Source: Rhodoferax sp. UBA4409 (lineage in GTDB: Bacteria; Pseudomonadota; Gammaproteobacteria; Burkholderiales; Burkholderiaceae_C). From it: a stretch of 54,073 nucleotides of DNA. The stretch is taken from the NCBI GenBank assembly GCA_002390825.1, contig DGQR01000253.1, positions 1 to 54,073 of the forward strand, read 5' to 3'. A program made the translations under genes and the position numbers. Under the pieces are notes generated by a model that saw nothing but the letters and a program-made list of their open reading frames with translations, did not search any database and was not told the DNA's origin. This document shows, in pieces, positions 17,279 to 26,768 of the stretch (position 1 is the stretch's first letter; every line of letters begins with the position of its first letter).

Positions 17279-18126
17279 ACGGTGATCCGTCGCACCAAGG
17301 CAAAAAACACACGATCTGGCAGCAGTCGCAAGAGCTGCATCCACAGCGTGAATCGCTTCGGAAAGTGAATATCAAACTGGCCGCGTGCCCAACCCCGCAA
17401 CATGGCCTGGGCTGCTTCTGCTGGCGTAATGAGGGCTGGCATGGAGAACTGGTTGTTGGCGGTCAGTGGCGTTTGCACAAAGCCCGGACTGATAAGTGAC
17501 ACCCCCACGCCCCGATTACGCAAATCAAGGTACAGCGTTTCGGCCAGGTTGATCATTGCGGCCTTGGTGGGGCCGTAGGCAAGGCTGTTGGGCAAGCCAC
17601 GGTAGCCGGCTACGCTACCGACCAGGCTGATGTGGCCATGGCCCTGGGCCAGGAGGGCTGGAATCACGGCGTGTAACAACTGCAGCGCACCCATATAGTT
17701 CACTTGCAGGTGTCGCTCCATATCGACCACGTCCATGGCAAAAGCGCGCATGGCGTTGTAGTGACCCGCGCAATAGACCACGCAGTCTAAGGGTCCCATC
17801 GCGAGCACATCGCGTGCGGCGGACTCCACGCCTGCTGCATCCGATACATCAAGTGGCAATGCATAACTGCCCGGGTGACGATCTACAAAGGCTTGTAGCG
17901 CATCTCGCTTGCGGGCGGATACGGTCACGATCGCGCCTTGTGCATGCAGGGCCGAGGCAGTGGCCTCACCTATTCCTGTTGACGCACCCACCAGCCACAC
18001 CCGTTTACCGGCCCAGTCGGTAATGCGGGGGTTGAGCGACTCCCACAACGAAGGCCAGGCTGTAGTGGCTGCTTGCGGGGGGGCTTTGTTGCCGTTCCCA
18101 GCGCTTGCAAAGTGATTTTTGGACAT
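17275..18126 (-). CDS. Short-chain dehydrogenase/reductase
   Basis: GASTGIG, catalytic YGPTK and PGFVQTPLT. Confidence 0.93.
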   Translation of the reverse strand: MSKNHFASAGNGNKAPPQAATTAWPSLWESLNPRITDWAGKRVWLVGASTGIGEATASALHAQGAIVTVSARKRDALQAFVDRHPGSYALPLDVSDAAGVESAARDVLAMGPLDCVVYCAGHYNAMRAFAMDVVDMERHLQVNYMGALQLLHAVIPALLAQGHGHISLVGSVAGYRGLPNSLAYGPTKAAMINLAETLYLDLRNRGVGVSLISPGFVQTPLTANNQFSMPALITPAEAAQAMLRGWARGQFDIHFPKRFTLWMQLLRLLPDRVFFALVRRITV

Positions 18127-18129
18127 AGA

Positions 18130-18663
18130 TCAGCGCCGCGTGAATGAGAGAGTGACCTCTCCCAACTCCACGCCAAATTTGCTCATGGTGGCTTTGTTAA
18201 GCATGACTTTGTCGGTCATCAGGTACATCCAGTCATCAAATCTCACTTCGTAGACGCTTCCGTCCACCGGCAAACTCAGCGTGTAGGTCCAGTAAAACGC
18301 GTTGCCACGCGCCTGGCCCTGCGCAACGCCAATGACGTCGTCGGCCGTCCCCGTGTAGCGGCCGTCTGCCAGGCGGGTCAGGCGCCAGATCCGTTTCTGC
18401 TTGCTGCCGTCCGAGTATGTGAAGTCTTCATCGAGCACCCCTTGATCCCCCTGCCAGCTGCAGTTCATCACGACAGTGAAGCGCTTGACGACGCTGCCCG
18501 AACGGTCAGTGAAAACGCCGTAAGCGTCCAGGGTGCCGTTGAAGTAGTCTTTGAGGTCTAGCGTGGGCTTGTCGTTGCGGTATTGGTCAATGGATTGGGA
18601 GGCGCATCCCCCCAAGGCCAACAAGCTGCCGGTGGCAGCAGTAAGAAGTAAGCGTCGTTTCAT
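18130..18663 (-). CDS. DUF3833 family lipoprotein
   Basis: Lipobox LGGC; LDEDFTYSDG and FDDWMYL. Confidence 0.88.
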   Translation of the reverse strand: MKRRLLLTAATGSLLALGGCASQSIDQYRNDKPTLDLKDYFNGTLDAYGVFTDRSGSVVKRFTVVMNCSWQGDQGVLDEDFTYSDGSKQKRIWRLTRLADGRYTGTADDVIGVAQGQARGNAFYWTYTLSLPVDGSVYEVRFDDWMYLMTDKVMLNKATMSKFGVELGEVTLSFTRR

Positions 18664-19934
18664 GGCGACCTCCGCAAAATGAGGGTGTAGAGCAGTCCTG
18701 CGGCGATTGCTTTAAGGCCACAGGGCAAGATACAGTAGGCCACAGTCAGGGCATTGAGGGCGACCGGGTCTCTGGCACCCGGCGCGTATCCCCACCACGC
18801 AAGTGCGGGCAGCGCCACACCTGCAGCCAGTGCCAGGTTGAGCTTGGTGACAAAGTTCCACCAACCAAAGTAGGCCCCTTCAGATTGCCCCTGATCCCCT
18901 TGCCGCGCGATGAGTCCAGCGAGCAGCGCGCCGGGGATCGTGAGGTCGGTTCCCAGTGCAATGCCCGAGAGGGCGCACACCAGCACAAAAGGCACGGTAT
19001 CGCCTGTGCCGAGTTGGGAGGCAAAAATGAAGACGGCAATCGATAGCAACATTCCACACAGCCAGGTGCGCGCCAGCCCGATTCGGGCGACCACTTTGAG
19101 CCACAAAGGAATGGTGACTGCAGCAGAAATAAAGTAGCTGCCTAGAAACAGGGGTTCGTGTGCAGGTGCGGCTTGCAAGCGGTCTTGCACAAAAAACAAA
19201 ATCAGGGTGGCGGGTATTGCGCTGGCGATTCCGTTCACCACAAACACGGCGAGCAGTGCCCGGAAGTCCGCACGGGCCAAGGGGCGCCACACCGACTGCT
19301 TGGATACCGTGCCTGTTGCAAGGCTTGCTGCAGATGTGATCGGCGGCTTGGGGGCACGAGTCCACAGCCACCATCCCATGCTAATCGCTATAAAAAATAT
19401 AGCGGTAGTCGCAGGTAAACCAAGGGCTGTGGGCGCAATTGCCGCAGTAATCACGCCAGCCAGGCCTAGGCCTTCTCTCCATGCCACAACCTGACTGCGA
19501 TAGTGCTCGTTTCCACCCAGCATCGCGCCCCAGCTTTGGTGGCTGATACTCAAAAAGCTGTAAGCGAGATAGGTTACCAGTAGAGTGCCCGCCGCCCAGA
19601 CGAGCAAGAGCTGGGGATCGCTCACCATGGGAAAAAACAGTCCATAAAACCCGGCGCCCAGCAGCGCGCATGCCACCGCTGCCCGTTTCAGGAGTGTGCT
19701 GGCGCCCCGTTGGTAGAGGGCATCGCTCCAGCGTCCCAGCAGGGGGTCAAAAAACGCATCGAGCAGCCGGGCGAAAAGGAGGACTCCGCCGAGCGCTGCC
19801 ATCGAGACGCCGAACGTCTTCGCATAGTGATTCGGCAGCACTACATACAGGGGGAGTGCAACGAAGGCCAACGGCAAACCCATCATCCCGTAGCGCAAGC
19901 CCTGCCGGATGCTTAAGGCGTCGGAATGGCTCAT
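18660..19934 (-). CDS. MFS (GPH-like) transporter
   Basis: About 12 hydrophobic segments; RLLDAFFDPLLGRWSD and YFGWWNFVTKL; coupled overlaps with both neighbours. Confidence 0.9.
   Translation of the reverse strand: MSHSDALSIRQGLRYGMMGLPLAFVALPLYVVLPNHYAKTFGVSMAALGGVLLFARLLDAFFDPLLGRWSDALYQRGASTLLKRAAVACALLGAGFYGLFFPMVSDPQLLLVWAAGTLLVTYLAYSFLSISHQSWGAMLGGNEHYRSQVVAWREGLGLAGVITAAIAPTALGLPATTAIFFIAISMGWWLWTRAPKPPITSAASLATGTVSKQSVWRPLARADFRALLAVFVVNGIASAIPATLILFFVQDRLQAAPAHEPLFLGSYFISAAVTIPLWLKVVARIGLARTWLCGMLLSIAVFIFASQLGTGDTVPFVLVCALSGIALGTDLTIPGALLAGLIARQGDQGQSEGAYFGWWNFVTKLNLALAAGVALPALAWWGYAPGARDPVALNALTVAYCILPCGLKAIAAGLLYTLILRRSP
19386..19448 (+). repeat. Dispersed ~60-bp motif, copy 2, in frame inside the MFS gene
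   Basis: CGCTATAAAAAATATAGC-GGTAGT-CGCA-N10-GGGC. Confidence 0.7.
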
Positions 19935-20488
19935 GACTTCAAACCTGCCAACAGCTCAGCGCGCAAGCGAGGTTCGCTCGTGCTGTCTGACAACCAGATG
20001 CCAAAAAAGAGCCTGCTGAACTCGGCATCTGCCACGGTGGCACGCATTTGCCCGTTGTACCAAAAGCGAGTACCTGCGTTCACCATCTGCAGGCCTGTGA
20101 TGCGATCGCCGCTGCTGACATTCGGAAAAATGCCGGTCATGGTGGTGAGCCACGTTGCAGCGGTGTCGTCTGCAATGGGGCCGTTGCGTTTCATTTCCTC
20201 CAGCGAGCGCTGGGCAATCGCGGCTCCCTTCAGGTCTCGCTGGTAGGTCAGCTCCAGTGCCAGCGGGTGCTGCCAGTAAGTGGCGAGTTGAAAGCGCGGG
20301 TGAACCCACAAGCGCGCATCACACACCGAGAAGCCGAAATACCGCATGCGTGCGCTGCCCGCAAGCACCGCATCGGGCATTTCGCGGCTGATTTCTGTAG
20401 GGGCGGGCGCACCGTTGGCCAAGGCTTGGTGCGTGAGGCTTTCCCACCCTGTGATCGCTCCTACCGCGAGAATGTGACGGCGTTGCAT
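19931..20488 (-). CDS. Chalcone isomerase-like exported protein
   Basis: MRYFGFSV..ARLW, FPNV..GDRITG and FFGIWL...TSEP.LR; RR-containing signal. Confidence 0.87.
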   Translation of the reverse strand: MQRRHILAVGAITGWESLTHQALANGAPAPTEISREMPDAVLAGSARMRYFGFSVCDARLWVHPRFQLATYWQHPLALELTYQRDLKGAAIAQRSLEEMKRNGPIADDTAATWLTTMTGIFPNVSSGDRITGLQMVNAGTRFWYNGQMRATVADAEFSRLFFGIWLSDSTSEPRLRAELLAGLKS

Positions 20489-20509
20489 GGTGCTGGTTTC
20501 GTGGGCTGC

Positions 20510-21760
20510 TTACGCCGGCTTGCGCAGTGTGTACTGCACCACGTCGATATTGTTTTCGAGGAAGGCGGCCTCGCAGTAGCAAAGGTAGAACTCCCAGATC
20601 CGCATAAAGCGCTCGTCAAATCCCTTGGACAACACATCCGTGCGCTTGCTCAGGAAGGCGTCGCGCCAGCGCTTGAGTGTTTCCGCATAGTCATGTCCGA
20701 ACGAGAGTTCATTCACCACCTCCAGGCCGGCGGCACGCGCTTGGGCACGGAATTCACGCGGACAAGGCAGGCAACCGCCAGGGAAGATGTATTGCTGGAT
20801 GAAGTCCGTCGAGTTGATATAGCGCTCAAACAAGCCATCATCGATCACGATGCTTTGGATACAAGCGCGCCCGCCGGCCTTTAGCTTGCCAGCTACGGTT
20901 GCGAAATAGGTAGGCCAGAATTCACGACCCACTGCCTCCACCATTTCAATGGAGCACACCGCATCGAATGTTGCATCCGGGATGTCACGGTAATCCTGCA
21001 ATCGCAAGTCGGCCTGGGCACCCATGCCAAGCCGCTGCAGGCGTTCCTGGGCAAAGGCCAGTTGTTCTGTACTCAGGGTTACGCCCGTGATGTGGGCTTT
21101 GAACTCGGTGGTGCTCATTTCCGCCAAGGCGCCCCAGCCGCACCCGATCTCCAGTACCCGGTCGCCGGCTTTTACGCCCGCTTCTTCCAGGGCACGGCGG
21201 ACTTTGGCTTTTTGGGCCTGCGCCATCGGTTGGTCCAGGTCGGAGCTGAACAACGCCGACGAGTAGTTCATGGTGTCATCCAGCCACAGACTGTAGAAGG
21301 CGTTGCCCAAATCGTAGTGGGCGTGAATGTTCTTCTGGCTGTTGGTCTTGGTGTTGCGGTTGAGCAAGTGCTTGATGCGGTACAGCAATCGGCCCAGCCA
21401 GCTGCCATAAATCACCGTTTCGACTTCTGCGCGGTTTTTGACGAGCACGCGCAGCAATTCCGTCAGGTTGGGGGTGGTCCAGTCGCCTGCAATAAAGCTC
21501 TCGGCAAATCCGATATCGCCAGACTTGAGCGCTGCGCTAAAGGGCTTCCAGTTGTGCAGAACCAGGCTGGCGTGCGGGGCACTATCGCCACCGAAGCGAT
21601 GAACGCTGCCGTCGGGCAGTTGTACGCTGAGGCTGCCGTGCCGCAGCTTTTGCAACAGCTTGAACACGGTGCGAGTGGCAGCAGGAGTGCCCGCCGGAAG
21701 CGCTGCCGCGCTAGATGCCTGGCCCGTGATCGGTGAGGGTTTCAGGGTGTTGGTGTTCAT
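20510..21760 (-). CDS. Cyclopropane-fatty-acyl-phospholipid synthase-family SAM methyltransferase (UfaM/Cfa-like)
   Basis: NIHAHYDLGNAFY, LEIGCGWG, SIEMVEAVG and FIQQYIFPGG; SD GGAG before ATG 21760. Confidence 0.94.
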   Translation of the reverse strand: MNTNTLKPSPITGQASSAAALPAGTPAATRTVFKLLQKLRHGSLSVQLPDGSVHRFGGDSAPHASLVLHNWKPFSAALKSGDIGFAESFIAGDWTTPNLTELLRVLVKNRAEVETVIYGSWLGRLLYRIKHLLNRNTKTNSQKNIHAHYDLGNAFYSLWLDDTMNYSSALFSSDLDQPMAQAQKAKVRRALEEAGVKAGDRVLEIGCGWGALAEMSTTEFKAHITGVTLSTEQLAFAQERLQRLGMGAQADLRLQDYRDIPDATFDAVCSIEMVEAVGREFWPTYFATVAGKLKAGGRACIQSIVIDDGLFERYINSTDFIQQYIFPGGCLPCPREFRAQARAAGLEVVNELSFGHDYAETLKRWRDAFLSKRTDVLSKGFDERFMRIWEFYLCYCEAAFLENNIDVVQYTLRKPA

Positions 21761-21801
21761 GACGGTATCTCCGGACTGGTCCATGAAAAGTGGATGGGTT
21801 T

Positions 21802-22596
21802 CTACCGGCTGACCAAGGTGTCAGGCGGTACGGGTTTGTGGAAAAAGGGCACTTTTTTCAGCCACAGCTTCAGTGCTTGCCAATGAATCTTGACGACTAC
21901 CCCCCAGGTCATGACGGGGTAGCGCCATAGCGCGCGGCGGATGCTTTCAGGACTCAGTGCCTCGAGTTGACCGCTCACGCTGGTGTCGATCAGCGCACCA
22001 TTGGCATCGTGGTAATCGATACGTGCCACCGTGCGGCGCATGTCAGGGGTCACCATGAAACGGAAGCGGTAACCGCCCTCTACCGGACAAAAGGGTGACA
22101 CATGGAATACTTTGGCGGCTTGCAGTTCGCGGCCGAATTGCGGGCCATCCAGCAAGTAGCAATGCCTCTCGCCAAAGGTGTTGTTCACTTCCACCACAAT
22201 CGCCCGCAGGCTTTCATCCGCGCGGTGGCAGTACCAAAAGCTCACGGGTTTGAAAGTGAAACCCCATACCCGTGGGTAGCAGTGGAGCCAGACTTCTCCG
22301 GTGGCATCTGCAATGCCTTCCTTTGCCAGCAGCGCGTCGAGCCAACCCAAGGCGCCGCCGGCGGCAACGTCCCGGCCGTCTCCATGGTCGGAGTCGTAAA
22401 AGCTGATGGGTGCAAAGCGATTCCGCGGGAGTGCACCATTGCCTTGGGTCTGCAGGCTGCGCATCGGCAGCATTAAGAAATACGTGCCGTAGGCGAATGC
22501 GTTGCGCACAGGGCGATGCCGTGTGTGGCGGACTTCCCCGAATCCAATCAGCGCGGAGTGCGCTGGCACATTGAGCGGAGTGGTCGACGCATTCAT
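21802..22596 (-). CDS. DUF1365 family protein (UfaO-like)
   Basis: H.RHRP, PVSFWYC, EVNNTFGERH.Y, KVFHVSPF and IHWQALKLWLK. Confidence 0.9.
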   Translation of the reverse strand: MNASTTPLNVPAHSALIGFGEVRHTRHRPVRNAFAYGTYFLMLPMRSLQTQGNGALPRNRFAPISFYDSDHGDGRDVAAGGALGWLDALLAKEGIADATGEVWLHCYPRVWGFTFKPVSFWYCHRADESLRAIVVEVNNTFGERHCYLLDGPQFGRELQAAKVFHVSPFCPVEGGYRFRFMVTPDMRRTVARIDYHDANGALIDTSVSGQLEALSPESIRRALWRYPVMTWGVVVKIHWQALKLWLKKVPFFHKPVPPDTLVSR

Positions 22597-22602
22597 ACGG
22601 GT

Positions 22603-23895
22603 TTAAGCGGCAAGGCCTGCGTGCTGCTTCAGCAGTCGCGCTGCTTCCAGGCCCGACTTCAAACCATCTTCGTGAAATCCGTAGCCTGTCCATGCACCAC
22701 TGTAATAAGTGTGTTGCTGCCCTTGCAAAGCAGGTACCTCCGCCTGTGCCCGGATGGCGCCAAGGTCAAAAACAGGATGCGCGTAGTCAAAGCTGCCGTG
22801 GACATGCTCGGCCCTGATTTCTGACACCGGATTCAACGACACCACCACACTTTGTTCAAACGGCAGAGGTTGCAGCATGTTCAGCAGATAGTGCAGGCAG
22901 ACCCGGGCGCTGTTTTGCCCCTCGTCTTGGCTGCGCTCGTAATTCCATGCGGCCCACGCTTTGCGGCGTTGTGGCAATACCGAGGTGTCGGTGTGCAACA
23001 CCGCGCGGTTGGATTGGTACCGAATGGCACCGAGAGTCGCTTGCTCCACGGGGCTGGGGTCCGCCAGCATGGCCAAGCTTTGGTCCGAATGGCAGGCCAG
23101 CACGAGTTTGTCAAAGCGCTCGGTGCTGCCCTCGGTAGTGATCAGCACACCTTGGTCATCCCGCGTGATGCGCTGCACCGGCGTGTTGAGACGCTTATCC
23201 GGGATGCCCGCGATAATTTTCTCCACATAGTGGCGAGCTCCGCCGGTCACTGTCCACCATTGCGGACGATTGCTCACTTGAATCAACCCATGGTTGTGGC
23301 AAAAGCGGATCATTGTCGCCACAGGGAATTGCAGCATTTGGTCTGTCGGGCAGCTCCAGATGCAACCGAGCATGGGCAGGAAATACCAATCGCGGAACTC
23401 TGTAGACAGCCGGTGTTGGTCTAGAAAAGCCGACAGCGGTTGCATGAGCTCTGTTTCTGCATTTCGGGTCGCAATGTCGGTCGCGAGTTGGTTGAACCTC
23501 AGCACATCGCGCAGCATACGCAAGAAACGCGGGTTGACCAGGTTGCTGCGCTGGGCGAACACCGTGTCCAGCGATGACCCGCTCCATTCGAGCGCGTGGC
23601 TTCCTTTGGCGCCCGGGACCTGCACAGAAAAAGACATGTCTGACTTAGAGGTCGCCACATCCAATTCGGCCAGCAAGGCAATCAGATTCGGGTAGGTGCG
23701 CTCGTTGAACACCAAAAATCCGGTGTCCACACCGTGTGTTACTGCGCCGCGCGGGCCGGGTAAGGTGATGTCTACCGTGTGTGTGTGGCCCCCAAAGTAG
23801 GCGCCAGCCTCAAACAAAGTGACGTCCGCTTGGCCACGCAAGCGGTGAGCCGCAGCAAGGCCGGAGATGCCGGAACCGATGATCGCGAGTCTCAT
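22603..23895 (-). CDS. FAD-dependent oxidoreductase (amine-oxidase fold; UfaD-like fatty acid desaturase)
   Basis: IIGSGISG, GGHTHT, VDTGFLVFNERTYPN, WAAWNY and GFHEDG. Confidence 0.92.
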   Translation of the reverse strand: MRLAIIGSGISGLAAAHRLRGQADVTLFEAGAYFGGHTHTVDITLPGPRGAVTHGVDTGFLVFNERTYPNLIALLAELDVATSKSDMSFSVQVPGAKGSHALEWSGSSLDTVFAQRSNLVNPRFLRMLRDVLRFNQLATDIATRNAETELMQPLSAFLDQHRLSTEFRDWYFLPMLGCIWSCPTDQMLQFPVATMIRFCHNHGLIQVSNRPQWWTVTGGARHYVEKIIAGIPDKRLNTPVQRITRDDQGVLITTEGSTERFDKLVLACHSDQSLAMLADPSPVEQATLGAIRYQSNRAVLHTDTSVLPQRRKAWAAWNYERSQDEGQNSARVCLHYLLNMLQPLPFEQSVVVSLNPVSEIRAEHVHGSFDYAHPVFDLGAIRAQAEVPALQGQQHTYYSGAWTGYGFHEDGLKSGLEAARLLKQHAGLAA

Positions 23896-24080
23896 GAGCG
23901 TAATTTTTTGAACGTGTTGGTAATTTTGTGACTGATTGGTAATATATCGCAAGAGAAGTTTTGTGTGTCTGTTTTTTTTTGTGCTGTTTGCGCGATTCCG
24001 CCCGGGGTGCTTAATCGGTAAACATGTCAAGCGATTGACACAGCTTCGGTCTAGAATTTGTTCAGTTTTGAAAGGTAGTC

Positions 24081-24944
24081 ATGCTGTACCCCGAACTTTT
24101 TAAGCAACTCGAATCGGTGCGCTGGGATATGGAGAAGGATATTCCGTGGTCTAGTTTTGATCCCGCCCAGTTGTCGGACGAGCAGGCTGCGACGATCAAA
24201 ATGAATGCGATCACCGAATGGGCTGCGCTACCTGCGACAGAGATGTTCCTGCGCGATAACCGTGGCGACAGTGATTTTTCCGCGTTCATGTCCATCTGGT
24301 TTTTCGAGGAGCAAAAGCACTCTTTGGTACTGATGGAGTATCTCCGCCGGTTTCGCCCGGACCTCGTGCCTACGGAAGAGGAGCTGCATGCCATCCGTTT
24401 TGAATTCGATCCCGCACCGGCATTGGAAACCTTGATGATGCATTTCTGCGGCGAGATTCGACTCAACCACTGGTACCGCCGCGCGAGCGATTGGCACACA
24501 GAGCCGGTGATCAAGGCGATCTACACCAAGCTCAGCCAGGACGAGGCCCGCCACGGCGGTGCGTACCTCAAGTACATGAAGCGTGCCATCGGCAAGTTCG
24601 GGATCGAGGCAAAGTCGGCATTTGCCAAAGTGGGCGTGCTGATGGCAAGTGCGCGCCGTACAGCGCAGGCGCTGCACCCCACGAATTTGCATGTGAACAA
24701 ATCGTTATTTCCGCGGGATACGATCCAGAGCCGTCTGCCAAACCCTGAGTGGTTGGAGCACTGGCTGGACCGCCAGATCAATTTTGATGCAGTCTGGGAG
24801 ACCAAGGTGGTCGAACGCATTCTTCACAACCTGAGTTTGCTGATGGAGCGTAGCTTCACCACGGTTCAAGAGCTCAACAAGTACCGCAAGGAACTTTCCA
24901 AAGACTTGGCCGCGGCACCTGAAGCTTCACCAGGGACGGTCTGA
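24081..24944 (+). CDS. Ferritin-like diiron protein (acyl-ACP desaturase-like)
   Basis: Diiron ligand pattern TEW...EEQKH...GEI...DEARH. Confidence 0.85.
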   Translation: MLYPELFKQLESVRWDMEKDIPWSSFDPAQLSDEQAATIKMNAITEWAALPATEMFLRDNRGDSDFSAFMSIWFFEEQKHSLVLMEYLRRFRPDLVPTEEELHAIRFEFDPAPALETLMMHFCGEIRLNHWYRRASDWHTEPVIKAIYTKLSQDEARHGGAYLKYMKRAIGKFGIEAKSAFAKVGVLMASARRTAQALHPTNLHVNKSLFPRDTIQSRLPNPEWLEHWLDRQINFDAVWETKVVERILHNLSLLMERSFTTVQELNKYRKELSKDLAAAPEASPGTV

Positions 24945-26156
24945 TTTCGGGAGGGCGGTAAGCGGAAGCAGCCGCTCCAAATTCAGCTGAACTTTGACAT
25001 CCTTGTGTGCCACGCTGGCCACGATACGGTGGTCGCGCACCGTGGTGTCACGAATGGTGGGCTCAATCGTGGGCACGCCGCTTCGGTTCAACAAAACGGC
25101 AACTTTCGGCGTGGTGGTGTTCAGTCCGCGCTGAATCACAACAGCCACCTCGTTCGTCGCAAGGCGCACGAATGAGCCCGGCTGATAAATGCCCACGGCT
25201 TTGATGATGGCCGCACCGGTTTCGTCGATCGCCTGGTTTTCGTCGAAATAGCAAGCCTGCATGGCTGCTGCGGGGGAAATTGGCATGCGCGAGGCCCTCG
25301 GGGCCAAGCGTGCTGCGAACATATCTGCCCGCCGGATCAGACGGGCAAGCCTTTCACCGCGGGAGCGTGGCGCCAAAGGGCCGGGAGGTGCTGTGTGGTG
25401 CTGCTGGATGGCTTGCAACCAATCGGGATCGGTGATGCCCATTCTTTTCATCAGCGCCACGGTATGTTCCGCGTGTTGATCAATCTCCGCGCGTTGCGCC
25501 ATGGACGGCGGCTCCACTTGCGTCGTCAGCCGGTCTTGCAGGTCCGTCATGCTCACATTCATGGTGAGGGCTGCGGCCCCTGCCAATTGCTGATCCTCGT
25601 CTGACCAATTCAACACCTCCTTGGCGGCCATCATGCACATGACGCTCACCAACATCGCATGGGTTGCGCTGTACATGCGCAGCTCGGCGGCAGACAGGTA
25701 AATCAGGGCAAACAGCGTTCCATCCGGGTTGCGCCGGCTGTGGCGTTGCAATTGACGCAGCAGGCGATCCAGCCGGCTCCGAAAGCTTGCCGGTTGCGTG
25801 TCACGCAAAAGGGCGTTGGAAATGGCTTGCAGATCCAGCCAGTCCATGCGGTCGTCTTGTGCAGCTTGACGTTCAATCAGTGCATCGCCCGAGAGCTTGG
25901 TGTCGGCAATCTCACCCAGCGACTTATCGTCACGCACCAGTTCATAAAGGTGCTCGACATACGCACGGTGCAGGGCCTCCGAGTCCGCCACATTGATAAA
26001 CAAGCCACCGCCTCGTTGCGAAAACTCTTCCAAATCCCGACGCGAGGAAATCACATACGATTTGCGCGCCAGCAGTACGCCGTCCTTGTCCATCAATGGA
26101 AAAGGAAGCGGCGATCCGATGCGGATGGTTTCTATATTGATGGGGACAAGGTGCAT
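24927..26156 (-). CDS. HD-GYP-like protein with degenerate catalytic motifs
   Basis: HD-GYP layout (TH..LV, QHH, ADMF.A, C-terminal GIY.PGSFVRL.TNE.AVV), but the HD position reads MN and no GYP is present. Confidence 0.8.
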   Translation of the reverse strand: MHLVPINIETIRIGSPLPFPLMDKDGVLLARKSYVISSRRDLEEFSQRGGGLFINVADSEALHRAYVEHLYELVRDDKSLGEIADTKLSGDALIERQAAQDDRMDWLDLQAISNALLRDTQPASFRSRLDRLLRQLQRHSRRNPDGTLFALIYLSAAELRMYSATHAMLVSVMCMMAAKEVLNWSDEDQQLAGAAALTMNVSMTDLQDRLTTQVEPPSMAQRAEIDQHAEHTVALMKRMGITDPDWLQAIQQHHTAPPGPLAPRSRGERLARLIRRADMFAARLAPRASRMPISPAAAMQACYFDENQAIDETGAAIIKAVGIYQPGSFVRLATNEVAVVIQRGLNTTTPKVAVLLNRSGVPTIEPTIRDTTVRDHRIVASVAHKDVKVQLNLERLLPLTALPKSDRPW

Positions 26157-26247
26157 AGGGCCGGGTGATTATGCAGTTTCCATCGGCTGCAACGGACCGT
26201 ACTTGAGCCACGGCCTCCCGGCAAATAGGGCTGCTAGGATGCTGCTC

Positions 26248-26748
26248 ATGACTTCATCTGCTCCACTTCCTGCGTTCCTCGACAAAATCCAGCCTGCAGA
26301 CAGCTTGTCTGCTGCGTTGGCAGTGCTGCCTCGCCCTTGGGTGTTCACCAATGGTGTTTTCGATGTCTTGCACCGCGGGCATGTGCTGTACCTCGCACAG
26401 GCCCGCGCTTTGGGCGGTAGCTTGATTGTGGCGCTCAACACGGACGCATCGGTGCGCAGATTGGGCAAGGGCGATGACCGCCCCCTAAACGCGGAGGCGG
26501 ATCGCGCGGTCGTCATGGCGAGCCAAGGCGCTGTGGACTTGGTCACTTGGTTTGCCGAGGACACGCCAGAGGCCCTGATCGCCCGCATCCGCCCGGATAT
26601 CCTGGTGAAGGGCGGCGATTACGACATGTCTGTGCTGCCCGAAACCCGCTTGGTGGAGTCGTGGGGCGGGCGGGCACAGGCTTTGCCGTTTGTGAGTGGT
26701 TACTCCACGACCGGTTTGGTAAAAAAGATACGGGCAAGCGCCTCGTAA
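26248..26748 (+). CDS. rfaE2: D-glycero-beta-D-manno-heptose 1-phosphate adenylyltransferase
   Basis: FTNGVFDVLHRGH, NTDASVRRLGKG..RP, LVKGGDY and STT. Confidence 0.93.
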   Translation: MTSSAPLPAFLDKIQPADSLSAALAVLPRPWVFTNGVFDVLHRGHVLYLAQARALGGSLIVALNTDASVRRLGKGDDRPLNAEADRAVVMASQGAVDLVTWFAEDTPEALIARIRPDILVKGGDYDMSVLPETRLVESWGGRAQALPFVSGYSTTGLVKKIRASAS

Positions 26749-26768
26749 TACCTAGGCGCCAACGCGCA

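Noticed and set aside
18040-18126. N-terminal extension of the SDR as an inserted element
   Set aside because: No repeat or palindrome similarity found; it may be a simple extension or an uncertain start.
24025-24057. Back-to-back TTGACA hexamers as sigma70 -35 boxes
   Set aside because: No -10 at 16-18 nt on either strand (TAGAAT is only 11 nt away); retained only as a candidate operator.
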